A DNA stretch of 64,000 bases from Candidatus Omnitrophota bacterium. GTDB taxonomy: Bacteria > Omnitrophota > Gorgyraeia > Zapsychrales > Zapsychraceae. The stretch spans positions 13,430 through 77,429 of the forward strand of contig JAJDCB010000012.1 of NCBI GenBank assembly GCA_029261065.1. The letters are read 5' to 3'. Of this stretch, positions 49,337-59,121 are shown piece by piece. Positions within the stretch are counted from its first letter, which is position 1. Every line of letters starts with the position of its first letter. The translations under genes and the position numbers were made by a program. Under the pieces are notes generated by a model that was given only the letters and a program-made list of their open reading frames with translations, had not been told where the DNA came from and made no database searches.

Positions 49337-49364
49337 TTGATCCCCGCTTTCGCGGGGACTCGTG
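49337..49364. repeat. REP-like hairpin TTGATCCCCGCTTTCGCGGGGACTCGTG (reverse-complement relative of 42279-42305)
   Basis: Shares the 21-bp core TGATCCCCGCTTTCGCGGGGA with the hisH-hisB spacer copy. Confidence 0.45.
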
Positions 49365-49368
49365 CGCG

Positions 49369-50766
49369 TTACTTCTTCCCTCTCCCTTCCCTAAAAGGAA
49401 CAATCCACTCCGCATGCGAAAACAACGGATATTCTACATGCGCCAAATTAACAGTCTCATCAATAAAGGGTTGATAAGGCCTTTCATTTAATGAAGCCTC
49501 GGCTTTAATGTGTATTTTAGGTTTTTTAAAACCATGGCTTTCTAAATCATCACGAATCAAATGAACGAAATCTAATAAACAATCAGGTAAATTATCAATC
49601 CAACGTTGTTCGTATGTAAGGAAATTTGTGTAGTCTGGTATTTTGCGTGTAGTAAGTTGAGGGTGATGAATAATTATTTTCATATTCGTCTTTTTAGCAT
49701 TCAACTTTAATCGCCAAGCAAACCGAGCTCCTTCATACGTCCAAACCGGTTTTCCTGGATAAAGGAAATGTCTTAATGGTACAAGGAGTTGAATGAGTAT
49801 AAACCCTGTTACAAAAATAGTTATGACTAAACGATAAATTCCAGTTTTTTGTGCAGGGTTTAGCGTATCTAGATTTTCTTTGTTGTCAGGGGTTAAGGGA
49901 AGAAATTTTTGTGTATTTTGCCACCATATACGAGGAGTATTTGGTTTTAAAAATAATGGGATAGCACTGATCATCAGAAATGGAAAAACACCAATATCAT
50001 TAAAAAGTAAGAAATGATTGGTAAGATTAAAAGTAAGAATAAATGCAATCGTCAACTTAATATATCGACCGGTGAATAAAGAAAGACTCATAAATAAATC
50101 AAGTAAAAGTCCTGTATAGCTAAAAAAGTAAGCTAACCAAAGATGATCGAGAGATATGCCAAACAGCATCTTCCCTTCTATGACTCTTTGTAAAGGCTGG
50201 GCGGCAATAAGCCAATCGACATTGATTTTAGTGATGGCGGCATAGAAATAAACAATGACAAATTGCATGCGCAGTAGATAAATCGAGAAAAAAGGAATTT
50301 GGTTTATTTTATTTAAATTTTTATTCCAAAGTCGATCAAGGGAAAGCCAACGATGAGCGGGACTAAACATTAACAGAAAGGAAAGTAAAAGCATGAGGTA
50401 ATGACAATCATTGTACATGGTTTTATCAAATAAAAAAACATAGCTAAGGGTAAGAAAAAATGTAATGGCTGAGAATCGAAAGAATAAACCTAATGTGATA
50501 CCAATGGCTGCTAATCCCATAATTAAAAAATGAATGTGCATGATCTCCTCAGGCCAGCGGGTTAACCCTAAGAGGTTAAAAAGGGCAAAAGGAAAATGGA
50601 AGCTGTTTTCAATAAAGTTTTCTTTTACAAAAGAGGTATTATAAATAGAAAAGCTTTGAGCGATAAGAACTATACCGAATGCAATACGGAATAATCCAAG
50701 ACTTGCGGCATCTTGAGAATAGAAAAGTTTCTCTCTCCATGACAGTAACTTTTTAAAGATAGTCAT
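49369..50766 (-). CDS. HTTM-domain (vitamin K-dependent gamma-carboxylase-like) integral membrane protein
   Basis: N-terminal SQDAASLGLFRIAFGIVLIAQ matches the start of the HTTM domain. FAWRLKLN matches the post-HTTM WRMML-type motif. ~9 TM helices plus a ~190-aa C-terminal soluble domain. Confidence 0.6.
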   Translation of the reverse strand: MTIFKKLLSWREKLFYSQDAASLGLFRIAFGIVLIAQSFSIYNTSFVKENFIENSFHFPFALFNLLGLTRWPEEIMHIHFLIMGLAAIGITLGLFFRFSAITFFLTLSYVFLFDKTMYNDCHYLMLLLSFLLMFSPAHRWLSLDRLWNKNLNKINQIPFFSIYLLRMQFVIVYFYAAITKINVDWLIAAQPLQRVIEGKMLFGISLDHLWLAYFFSYTGLLLDLFMSLSLFTGRYIKLTIAFILTFNLTNHFLLFNDIGVFPFLMISAIPLFLKPNTPRIWWQNTQKFLPLTPDNKENLDTLNPAQKTGIYRLVITIFVTGFILIQLLVPLRHFLYPGKPVWTYEGARFAWRLKLNAKKTNMKIIIHHPQLTTRKIPDYTNFLTYEQRWIDNLPDCLLDFVHLIRDDLESHGFKKPKIHIKAEASLNERPYQPFIDETVNLAHVEYPLFSHAEWIVPFREGRGKK

Positions 50767-50813
50767 AAAATGTATTATATCACTGGGTCCATTTTAGGGA
50801 TAATAAATGAAAA

Positions 50814-51440
50814 TTATTTTGTGTGTCCGGGAGGGTTGATTTGCATATCTATTGTTACGCAAGGGTTTGTTATTGGATGGCAAGCTTCGGCGTTGTCAGG
50901 AGCTACAGATATCGCCATTTCAACATAATCAATGCTATTAGTTGTTCCTGGAGCACAGGTGCCACACCCTCCTGGGACATTAAAAAGCGCAGATTCCTTT
51001 AACTCTAAATAGAAAGGGGAAATTGTACTTCCTCCCCATGGACAATCTGTGGCAGGTACTTCTGCTTCGTCAACATCTGTACATCTCCATAGGCCATTTG
51101 AACTTCCATGCCTATAACAGACCCAGGTATCATCAGCATATGAAGTAGGATCGTTGGTATCATGTCTGAAACAAATGGTATATTTATCGGGTGGTTCCAC
51201 GATAGTTCTTATCCCACTATTTGTTGGATCTCCCACAGCTAGAAGGGCATCCTTTCGCATCATACTAAGTGATGCCGTGGCATCCATAGCTATAAGGGAG
51301 CTTTTACTTGATATGTCTTGCATGCGGTTGACCGCATATCCAAATCCGGAAACACCCACCATGACAATGCCAATGAGAGTGCTGGCAACTACAAGTTCAA
51401 GTAATGTTAATCCTTTGTTATGTATATTTTTTGCTTTCAT
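50814..51440 (-). CDS. prepilin-type N-terminal cleavage/methylation domain protein (minor pilin/pseudopilin)
   Basis: KGLTLLELVVASTLIGIV class III signal (G-L-T-L-L-E). Confidence 0.7.
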   Translation of the reverse strand: MKAKNIHNKGLTLLELVVASTLIGIVMVGVSGFGYAVNRMQDISSKSSLIAMDATASLSMMRKDALLAVGDPTNSGIRTIVEPPDKYTICFRHDTNDPTSYADDTWVCYRHGSSNGLWRCTDVDEAEVPATDCPWGGSTISPFYLELKESALFNVPGGCGTCAPGTTNSIDYVEMAISVAPDNAEACHPITNPCVTIDMQINPPGHTK

Positions 51441-51458
51441 AATTTACCTTTAAGACAT

Positions 51459-51809
51459 CTATAACAAGTCAGGAAATGTCACATTCATGACAAGTTTTCG
51501 TAAATTTAATCCTGAGACATCGGATATGACATAATTAATCATATAGTTTCCTTCCATACGATTATAAGTGCCTACAGCTAAATTACTTGTTGGACTATGC
51601 CATACGTTAGCTGTTAGTTCTCGCATAAGTTGATCAATAATGCCTTTGCCCACATACGTAGCTTCTAATTTTACAGTGGATTCAGCACCATGCATACGCA
51701 TATTAGAAATTGTTGCAAAGATCCCAAAAGAGGCAATCACAAAAATAACCGCGGTCACGATCACTTCTACGATTGAGGCAAACCCTTCTTTTTGTAAATT
51801 CTTTAACAT
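51459..51809 (-). CDS. pilin-like protein (minor pilin/pseudopilin, atypical E+6)
   Basis: EGFASIVEVIVTAVIFVIA N-terminal hydrophobic helix after Gly. Confidence 0.55.
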   Translation of the reverse strand: MLKNLQKEGFASIVEVIVTAVIFVIASFGIFATISNMRMHGAESTVKLEATYVGKGIIDQLMRELTANVWHSPTSNLAVGTYNRMEGNYMINYVISDVSGLNLRKLVMNVTFPDLL

Positions 51810-51821
51810 ACGGTTTCCTTT

Positions 51822-52316
51822 TTAAACACAATCTGCTACGAGGAAACATGTCCCTGTCCCTGAAGCACAACAAGGATTCTGATCTCCCCAACGATTTGGA
51901 GCTCCTATTACGACTTCTGTGACTCTTAATGTAAAAATTGTTGTCGCTCCCTCTGTTAGAGTTGCTGTAGCAGTATAAGTTGTTGGTGTTGCTCCTCGTG
52001 TATAGGCATAGGTATTCCCATTAGCCATGATATTTAAACCAAGGCCTTGATTAAGTTGTGCGAGATCTCCTGTTCCTGTATCTAAATAAGCGCTGTTATT
52101 GTTGGAAAAATACATAAGATTAAGCGCATGAATACTTCTTAATTGACTTATCGCATCTCTTTCTTGGCCTTTTCTTACTGTCGCTCTATAGTTAGGAATA
52201 GCAAAAGACCCAATAAGCGCCAAGATAGAAATGGTGATTAGGATTTCTATTAGTGTGAGACCTTTTACATTTTTTATAGGATTAGTTGCATTCATTAGAA
52301 CTTGCTCCAAATCCAC
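51822..52316 (-). CDS. prepilin-type minor pilin/pseudopilin
   Basis: KGLTLIEILITISILALIG class III signal. Confidence 0.7.
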   Translation of the reverse strand: MDLEQVLMNATNPIKNVKGLTLIEILITISILALIGSFAIPNYRATVRKGQERDAISQLRSIHALNLMYFSNNNSAYLDTGTGDLAQLNQGLGLNIMANGNTYAYTRGATPTTYTATATLTEGATTIFTLRVTEVVIGAPNRWGDQNPCCASGTGTCFLVADCV

Positions 52317-52725
52317 AATTAATATTGATACAACTTCCTGCTGTCATACCTGCTTGGCTGTCATCGCAGGTTATTAATCCATTTTGATCAATTAAAAGTT
52401 CGTAAGTTCCTGTGTTTCGTTGAACATTTGAGACAGGATCAGTCACAGCAACTGGAGCTGTGATACTATCATCGTCAATATCATCAAAATTTACTGGTGT
52501 AGGAAACGATATTGCTAAAGGGATAAGTGTTGTTGCAAAAGACCCCGTTTCTAACTGTACTGCTTTCTGTGCATTCATAAGTGCGATTAAAATTTGTTGT
52601 CCTTCGGATGCGCGCGTCCGTTCAAACATAATCGTGTATCGAGGCATAGATAAAGTCGCCAATACCCCTAAAAGGGAAATAACGATTAAAATTTCAGCTA
52701 AGGTATATCCTTTTTTTGACTTCAT
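52282..52725 (-). CDS. prepilin-type minor pilin/pseudopilin
   Basis: KKGYTLAEILIVISLLGVLA class III signal. Confidence 0.7.
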   Translation of the reverse strand: MKSKKGYTLAEILIVISLLGVLATLSMPRYTIMFERTRASEGQQILIALMNAQKAVQLETGSFATTLIPLAISFPTPVNFDDIDDDSITAPVAVTDPVSNVQRNTGTYELLIDQNGLITCDDSQAGMTAGSCININCGFGASSNECN

Positions 52726-52814
52726 GAGTTACAACCTCTTTATATTTTTAAATAAACCGCAAAACAACATATCCTATGATCTAGAATATGCTGCTTTACG
52801 GCTTAATTTAACTA

Positions 52815-53261
52815 TTAGTTGATACCACTAAAAGCCGTCGTTCCTGATTTTGAAACAGTAACGATAGAGTTATTAGTAGCTGGATTAAACTCTACATCTA
52901 ATGTAACCATACTTACACCATCACCACCGGCACGGGCATTTCTTGTTGCTTGAATAATATAATGATTTGCCGTTGAGACATCTATTGTATAAGCGAAGTG
53001 ACCATCTGATGGAGTTGACTGGTAACCTGCTTTTTCTGCTGTATCACATGTTGTCCAATTTAGTACTCCATTTCCTTGAAATGAGGCACATGTTTCAGCC
53101 CCACGCTTAACAGCACCTAGATACTGCATTGCTTCTTCTGATCTTGTAAACTCAATGGTGTCGAAAAATCGTGGCAATGACAGAGATGCCAAAACACCAA
53201 TGATAATGATAACGATTAAGATTTCCAATAGGGTAAAACCGCTTTTATTGTTAGTTTTCAT
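52815..53261 (-). CDS. type IV major pilin / major pseudopilin (PilA/GspG-like)
   Basis: KSGFTLLEILIVIIIIGVLASL class III signal. 148 aa. First pilin gene after a long leader. Confidence 0.75.
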   Translation of the reverse strand: MKTNNKSGFTLLEILIVIIIIGVLASLSLPRFFDTIEFTRSEEAMQYLGAVKRGAETCASFQGNGVLNWTTCDTAEKAGYQSTPSDGHFAYTIDVSTANHYIIQATRNARAGGDGVSMVTLDVEFNPATNNSIVTVSKSGTTAFSGIN

Positions 53262-53855
53262 TTTTTGTTCTCCTTAAAATATGGATACTTCATTATTTTT
53301 ATTTCCGAATAGGAAAGGATAAAAATTATTAAATCTTCCTATCGGTTCAAAAATCGCTTCGAGTTATCGCTGTATGCGATTTTCTTACTTGAGAACAAAC
53401 CTTAAGAATTATTGCTTTGGTTAGGGAAGGCAAAAGAAAAAGCCTACTCCACTTTTTGCTCGTAGAATAGGCACATTGATCATTTCATCATATATGTCTG
53501 ATGATTTTTGACAGCTGGCTATCCCTGCTGCTAATGGCAGCTGGACCCTGTAGCTTTGTTCCGGTTTTTTGACCGGATTCGGGTTGGTTAAATGTGTTGT
53601 TTCCTTTAACTGCCCCGAAGCCCTACTCTTACGAGTAGTTTACCTTTTCAATACATTCAGTTGTTCGTTCTATTGAAGGTATACCATATGACTGAAGTGA
53701 TGTCAAATCGGCAAGCGTTTTCTTCTGGTGGGAAATAAAGTGGTTTGTATCCACTTAAGTTATTATATTGTAGTACTTTACGTTAATTAAGTGTTTTTAT
53801 GAAAAATATGATATTTTTTTATACGGCTATAGATTCTTAAGTTTAGCAATTAGTA

Positions 53856-55091
53856 TTAATGGCTCCCCATTTTTGCTATATCAAGCATTGGCATAAACAT
53901 AGCGATAACAATAACCCCAACTGTCACCCCCATAAAGATGAGCATTATTGGTTCTATGATTGTTGAGATCCTTTTAATAAAGGTTTCAACCGTTTCTTGA
54001 TAAAATTTTGAAACATATTTTAACATTTTGCTTAATTCCCCTGTTTCTTCACCAACCATAATCATCTGAATACACATAGGAGGAAAAAAGCCGCTTCGTT
54101 CCATAGGTGTATAAAGAGACTCCCCCTTTTTAACACCATCTTTTATCTCACCAACAATTAAAGAACAGGTGATATTGTTGACCAATCGTTCAGCAATATC
54201 AAGGGCATACAAAATAGGAACACCAGAATCGAGAAGGATTGACATTTGAGAGGCGAATCGTTCAACAACAATGAGTCTATAGATTGGACCAATACTTTTT
54301 ATATTATAAAGAAATTTCTCATACATTAATTGCCCTTGGTATGTTTTTACATATTTTTTAACAGCAAAAACAAGGAGTCCTACGCCTCCTGCAAGATAGA
54401 TAAAGTTTCCTTTAACGAAATTAAATGTGGAAAGGAGAGCTTGTGTCATAACAGGGACATCGGCATTCATTTGTTTAAATACACTTTCAAATTGTGGGCC
54501 AACAACAAAGGCAAAAACGGATATGGCGGCTAGGACTACTCCGAAAAGGATGGCAGGATAGACCATAGCAGATACGATACTTGAGCGAAAACTGGACTGT
54601 TGTTCTAGATAAAAAGCTAATTTATTTAATACCACAGGAATGGTACCAGAAGCCTCCCCAACCTCCACAAGACTAACCCAAAATTGATTAAATACTTTTG
54701 GATGGTTAGCTAAGGATAAACTTAAAGACCCTCCTTTTTCTACATCTTGCCGTACTTTACTTAGGACATCAAAAAATTGAGCGCTTTGGATTTGTGAAAG
54801 AATAACATCAAGACTACGTGTCAAAGAAACTCCGGCTTCAAGCATAGTTGCAAGCTGCCTGGAAAATGTTAAAAGATCTTCAAGCTTAACTTTCTTATGA
54901 GAAAACTGCTTTTTCTTTTTCTTCTTTTTAGCTGACTGTGGCTTTATACCAGCACTTAGTTCTTTAATGCTAACGATAAAATAGTTTTGTTTTTGTAGTG
55001 AGTCAACGACCTTTTGCTGATTATCCGAATCGATAATATTTTTGTAAGCTTTCCCCTGACGATCTTTAACGACGTAAGCAAATTTAGGCAT
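53856..55091 (-). CDS. pilC: type IV pilus / T2SS inner-membrane platform protein (PilC/GspF family)
   Basis: 411 aa. Two GspF repeats. Three TM helices. Confidence 0.85.
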   Translation of the reverse strand: MPKFAYVVKDRQGKAYKNIIDSDNQQKVVDSLQKQNYFIVSIKELSAGIKPQSAKKKKKKKQFSHKKVKLEDLLTFSRQLATMLEAGVSLTRSLDVILSQIQSAQFFDVLSKVRQDVEKGGSLSLSLANHPKVFNQFWVSLVEVGEASGTIPVVLNKLAFYLEQQSSFRSSIVSAMVYPAILFGVVLAAISVFAFVVGPQFESVFKQMNADVPVMTQALLSTFNFVKGNFIYLAGGVGLLVFAVKKYVKTYQGQLMYEKFLYNIKSIGPIYRLIVVERFASQMSILLDSGVPILYALDIAERLVNNITCSLIVGEIKDGVKKGESLYTPMERSGFFPPMCIQMIMVGEETGELSKMLKYVSKFYQETVETFIKRISTIIEPIMLIFMGVTVGVIVIAMFMPMLDIAKMGSH

Positions 55092-55117
55092 TGGTCACCT
55101 CTTTTGTTATTCAAAAT

Positions 55118-55323
55118 AACCAAGTTACAAGATACAAGTTATCTTGGCCTTTAGCCAAGACCCAACGTCAAGACGCTGGGCAAAAAATAATCAATAATCA
55201 TAATGTTAATGTCTAAATGTTTGATTATTTTCTTTTTGAATTTTGTATCTTTTTTGCCCCGCTTTTGGCGGGGTCCCAGCTCCCAGCTAATAGCTGGGAT
55301 GTCTTGTATCTTGTAACTTGGTT
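55118..55323. mobile_element. MITE-like 206-bp element bounded by perfect 21-bp terminal inverted repeats (AACCAAGTTACAAGATACAAG / CTTGTATCTTGTAACTTGGTT) with three internal hairpins
   Basis: TIRs read directly at 55118-55138 and 55303-55323. Internal hairpins TCTTGGC-CTTTA-GCCAAGA, GCCCCGC-TTTTG-GCGGGGT, CCCAGCT...AGCTGGG. No ORF. Confidence 0.45.
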
Positions 55324-55331
55324 ATTTTTAT

Positions 55332-57071
55332 CTAATGTTCAACACTCACGCGACAAATTTCATCAAAACTTGTTAATCCTTTTTCAACAAGTTTAATTCC
55401 TGATTCAAAAATGGTATCCATGCCATTTTTACGGGCAACATCCTTTATCTCAACATAAGTGGCCCCTTTAGCAATGAGTCCTCGGAGTTCATCTGTAATT
55501 TCTAAAACTTCTGACACAACAAGTCGTCCGCGAAAACCTGAACTATTGCATTCTTCACACCCCTTAGCACGATAAACGAGATCAACATTAAACTTAATGC
55601 CTCCATGTTGTTCAGGGGTTGGTTCGTAGGCTTCTTTACATTTAGGACAAATTTTACGTGCTAATCTTTGAGCTAGAATCATGACCAATGAAGGTGTTAA
55701 GAGATAGTGAGGAACTCCGATATCAATCAGACGGGTTATGGCTGATGCCGCATCATTCGTATGCAGGGTACTTAATACAAAGTGACCGGTTAAAGCGGCA
55801 CGAACACATATGGAGGCTGTTTCTAAGTCGCGGACCTCCCCAACCATGATAACATCAGGGTCTTGCCGTAAGAAAGCTCGAAGAGCTGATGCAAAAGTTA
55901 ATCCGATGTCCGTTTTGACAGCAACTTGATTGATACCTTCAATTTTATATTCCACAGGATCTTCAACAGTCATAATATTTTTGCGAGGGTCAATCGTTTC
56001 ACTTAAAGATGAATACAACGTTGTAGACTTTCCACTTCCTGTTGGTCCAGTAACGAAAAATAATCCGTATGGAGAAGATAGTGATTTTTTTATAAGATCT
56101 ATTTGTTTACCGTCAAAACCTAAGCTAGAAAGATTTAGAGGAACGGCAGCCTTATCAAGAATACGCATAACGACCTTCTCACCCCAAACAGTTGGAACGG
56201 TGGAGATACGAATATCTACATTACGGTCTTCAAGTTTGGCAGATATTGCACCATCTTGGGGAAGTCGTTTTTCAGCAATATCAAGTTTTGATAGAATTTT
56301 TATTCTTGAAACGATGGCTAAATGAAGATGAGGAGCTGGTGGCGGTATGTTATATAAATTTCCATCAATGCGATAGCGTAGATTGATTTTGTTTTCAAAG
56401 GGTTCAATGTGAATATCACTTGCTCGTTCATCAATAGCTTGGCGAATAATTAAATCAACCAATTTGATAACAGGGGCTTCTCCCGCTTTTTCGATGAGTT
56501 TATCTAAACTAAGTTCGGCTGATTGTGCATTGGAGGTGATAGGTTTAACAAAGTCATCTGTTTGTTGATTACTGTAAGAGCTTTCAACAACACGGTCAAG
56601 CATAGAGGTTTTACCTTCAGCTTTGTTTTCAGCAAAGTAAAAGGCTGTAATTGCTTTTTTTAAAGCAGATGTTGTTGCAATAACGATATTAATTTCACAA
56701 TTCGTCATCATTCGCATATTATCAACAACGAGAAGATCTAGCGGGTCACTCATGGCAACGGTCAAGGAACTCATGTGTTGTGAGAGAGGAAGAATATTGT
56801 GTTTGTTGGCAAATTCTCCTGGAATTAGTTTGTCAAGAGCTTGATCTTCTTGAGGTTTAAGGAGTTCTTCATTCTCAGAGGAATAGTATGGCAGACCAAG
56901 TTGTGTGCCTAAGGCTTGAGACATATGTTCTTCAGTGATATACCCAATTTTAATAAGGACTTCTCCTATACGTCCCTTTTCTTTTTTTTGGGCATCAATG
57001 GCCTTATTCAATTGATCAGGCGTAATGAGTCCCTGATTTAAAAGTATTTCTCCGAGTTTAAGGCGTGACAT
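55332..57071 (-). CDS. pilB: type IV pilus assembly ATPase of the PilB/MshE/GspE family with N-terminal MshEN-type c-di-GMP-binding domain
   Basis: N-terminal RLKLGEILLNQGLITPDQLNKAIDAQ and RIGEVLIKIGYITEEHMSQAL (tandem MshEN motifs). Walker A GPTGSGKST. Tetracysteine CPKC...CEEC. Confidence 0.9.
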   Translation of the reverse strand: MSRLKLGEILLNQGLITPDQLNKAIDAQKKEKGRIGEVLIKIGYITEEHMSQALGTQLGLPYYSSENEELLKPQEDQALDKLIPGEFANKHNILPLSQHMSSLTVAMSDPLDLLVVDNMRMMTNCEINIVIATTSALKKAITAFYFAENKAEGKTSMLDRVVESSYSNQQTDDFVKPITSNAQSAELSLDKLIEKAGEAPVIKLVDLIIRQAIDERASDIHIEPFENKINLRYRIDGNLYNIPPPAPHLHLAIVSRIKILSKLDIAEKRLPQDGAISAKLEDRNVDIRISTVPTVWGEKVVMRILDKAAVPLNLSSLGFDGKQIDLIKKSLSSPYGLFFVTGPTGSGKSTTLYSSLSETIDPRKNIMTVEDPVEYKIEGINQVAVKTDIGLTFASALRAFLRQDPDVIMVGEVRDLETASICVRAALTGHFVLSTLHTNDAASAITRLIDIGVPHYLLTPSLVMILAQRLARKICPKCKEAYEPTPEQHGGIKFNVDLVYRAKGCEECNSSGFRGRLVVSEVLEITDELRGLIAKGATYVEIKDVARKNGMDTIFESGIKLVEKGLTSFDEICRVSVEH

Positions 57072-57080
57072 TATGTTTAC

Positions 57081-58640
57081 CTAGTTATCAAATGGTGTTG
57101 GTTGTTTGCTGTTGTTTGTTAGGCCTGTTGGGAGATCTTGTTCCCGATCTAAAGGATAATATGTTCTATCTTGACGTTGTGCGGCAAAATTTTCTTGTAC
57201 AATGTGAGGTGTTATAAAAATGACTAGTTCTCTTTGGCTTTCCGTTACATCTTTATGGCGAAATGCTTCTCCTAAAATAGGAACTTTACTTAAGACGGGA
57301 ACGTTTGTGCGTGTATCGGTAACATCGGAACGTAGAAGCCCCCCGATAATGACAGTATCCCCATCCTTAACTCTTAAAATGGATTTGGTTCCTCGTTCTT
57401 CAGGATCTTTAAACGTTTGGCCTCCAAAAGTTGATCCAGATTTGGCGATAATGACTCTTGGTTCAACGCTCATTGTAATATCGCCGGTGAGGATATTGGC
57501 TTGTGGGGTTACACTTAAAAAGACGCCTGTTTCTACGCGTTCAGCTTCTAGAGATGTTGAGGCCGTTCCTTCTGTTGTTGTGGTATTCGTTTCAAGACCA
57601 ATAGCTTCATTAGTTGATATTTCGATTTCCGCTGTCTCATTGTTTAGGGTGAGAATTCTGGGACGCGCTAAATTTTTGGTATCTGTATGTGTTCTTAAAA
57701 ATTGCATACTAAAGGCAAGTCCTTGAAATGATATGGTGCTAACACGGTATTGAGCGTCTGCAAACTCAAAACCATCATCTCTTAGGTTATCTTCATTAAA
57801 AGGAAAAGTATTGTCTCGTTGGGCTCCTGAGAAAGTGACAGGTGTGCTGCCAAATTTTGTGCCAATAAGGTCAGCTACATTTTTGGCGATATCTAACATC
57901 TCAACTTCAATCAATATTTGTGGTGTGCGGACATCAAGTTTAGATAAGGTTTGTTCGATCATCGGAAAATTGCTGGGAATATCTGTGATAATAAGGCTAT
58001 TTGTGCGGAGGTCTTCTCCCACAGAACCATTCTCTGTTAAAAGGGACTCGATGACACTGACAATACCTGCAGCACCTTCTTCAGAATCATCTGAGGACGC
58101 CTCGCCCCCCCCTCCTCCATTACTTCCAGCTAAAGAAGAAAGAATTTTAGAAGAGGTAATGCTAGCATATTTTAAAGGATAAACTTTTGTTAATAGTTCA
58201 ATAGAAGGTTTTTCAAGAGGTTTGACAACAAAAATGTTGCTACCGCTTTTTATTTCATAGGTGAGGTTATTAGCGGTTAATATGCGCTCTAAGGCTTCTT
58301 CAACAGGGACCCGATCAAGATAGAGGTTTACTGTACTATTGGCGATTTCAGTTGAAGCTATAAAATTTAAACCAGATTGTTGAGAGAAAATTTTTAAGAC
58401 ATCATTTAATTGAGCATTACGAAAGTCCATGGATATGGTTTTATTCATATCAGGATAGATAAAACTTTCAATGTCAAAACTGTGAGCCTGTCTCGGAATA
58501 GACAGCGTAAGCAGAAGCACAAAAAACATTAACAAAGTTTTTTTACTGTAGAGGAAAGAGTGAAGTTTATTAAACTTTCCTATAGGCTCGAAAAATCGCT
58601 TTCGTTTTTTGCCACAGGCGATTTTTTTGTACATATCCAT
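57081..58640 (-). CDS. secretin (PilQ/GspD family) outer-membrane channel
   Basis: C-terminal secretin domain (VIIGGLLRSDVTDTRTNVPVLSKVPILGEAF...RELVIFITPHIV). Internal Gly/acidic low-complexity linker. Confidence 0.9.
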   Translation of the reverse strand: MDMYKKIACGKKRKRFFEPIGKFNKLHSFLYSKKTLLMFFVLLLTLSIPRQAHSFDIESFIYPDMNKTISMDFRNAQLNDVLKIFSQQSGLNFIASTEIANSTVNLYLDRVPVEEALERILTANNLTYEIKSGSNIFVVKPLEKPSIELLTKVYPLKYASITSSKILSSLAGSNGGGGGEASSDDSEEGAAGIVSVIESLLTENGSVGEDLRTNSLIITDIPSNFPMIEQTLSKLDVRTPQILIEVEMLDIAKNVADLIGTKFGSTPVTFSGAQRDNTFPFNEDNLRDDGFEFADAQYRVSTISFQGLAFSMQFLRTHTDTKNLARPRILTLNNETAEIEISTNEAIGLETNTTTTEGTASTSLEAERVETGVFLSVTPQANILTGDITMSVEPRVIIAKSGSTFGGQTFKDPEERGTKSILRVKDGDTVIIGGLLRSDVTDTRTNVPVLSKVPILGEAFRHKDVTESQRELVIFITPHIVQENFAAQRQDRTYYPLDREQDLPTGLTNNSKQPTPFDN

Positions 58641-58651
58641 AATGGGCTCCT

Positions 58652-59119
58652 TTATGGTTTAATTGTAAAGTATTTGTCGTGAAAAGACACGTCAATTTTG
58701 GATTTTGTGATGCCAATAATTTTGACATCCTCAAAGCTATCGCCAACACTTAATATTTGATTGTTTATAATCACTTGCGGTCGGTCCGTGTTCCACACGA
58801 TACCCTTTACATTTACATTTGGGAAAGGGATATCTTGTATTTGATTAGGATTTGCTCTGTTCGAACCAGTTGTTTGTTTAACAATTGGACTTATGACGTT
58901 TGATTTCTTTTGATTTTGCGTTGTTCGCGTGTTAGAGCGATTAGTTCCGCGTTTTTTGGTATCTTCAATAATTTTAGGTAATGCTGGCGTAAAGGGATTT
59001 ATATCCTTTAAAATTTCAAATTCTTGTTCTTCCAAAGGTTTTTTTTCCTCTGCCCACAAAGGGTGGTTTAAGAAGAAAATTAGAAAAAAAATGGATATAT
59101 AGAGAGTTAATGTTTTCAT
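58652..59119 (-). CDS. PilP/GspC-like periplasmic protein (start set at internal Met, MKTLTLYIS...)
   Basis: N-terminal TM/signal. C-terminal beta domain GIVWNTDRPQVIINNQILSVGDSFEDVKIIGITKSKIDV resembles the PilP fold. Directly upstream of the secretin. Confidence 0.4.
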   Translation of the reverse strand: MKTLTLYISIFFLIFFLNHPLWAEEKKPLEEQEFEILKDINPFTPALPKIIEDTKKRGTNRSNTRTTQNQKKSNVISPIVKQTTGSNRANPNQIQDIPFPNVNVKGIVWNTDRPQVIINNQILSVGDSFEDVKIIGITKSKIDVSFHDKYFTIKP

Positions 59120-59121
59120 AT

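Noticed and set aside
55930-56325. 131-aa plus-strand ORF
   Set aside because: Antisense to the pilB ATPase gene. Shadow ORF.
57220-57726. 168-aa plus-strand ORF (and 57811-58182, 123 aa)
   Set aside because: Antisense to the secretin gene. No recognisable domains. Shadow ORFs.
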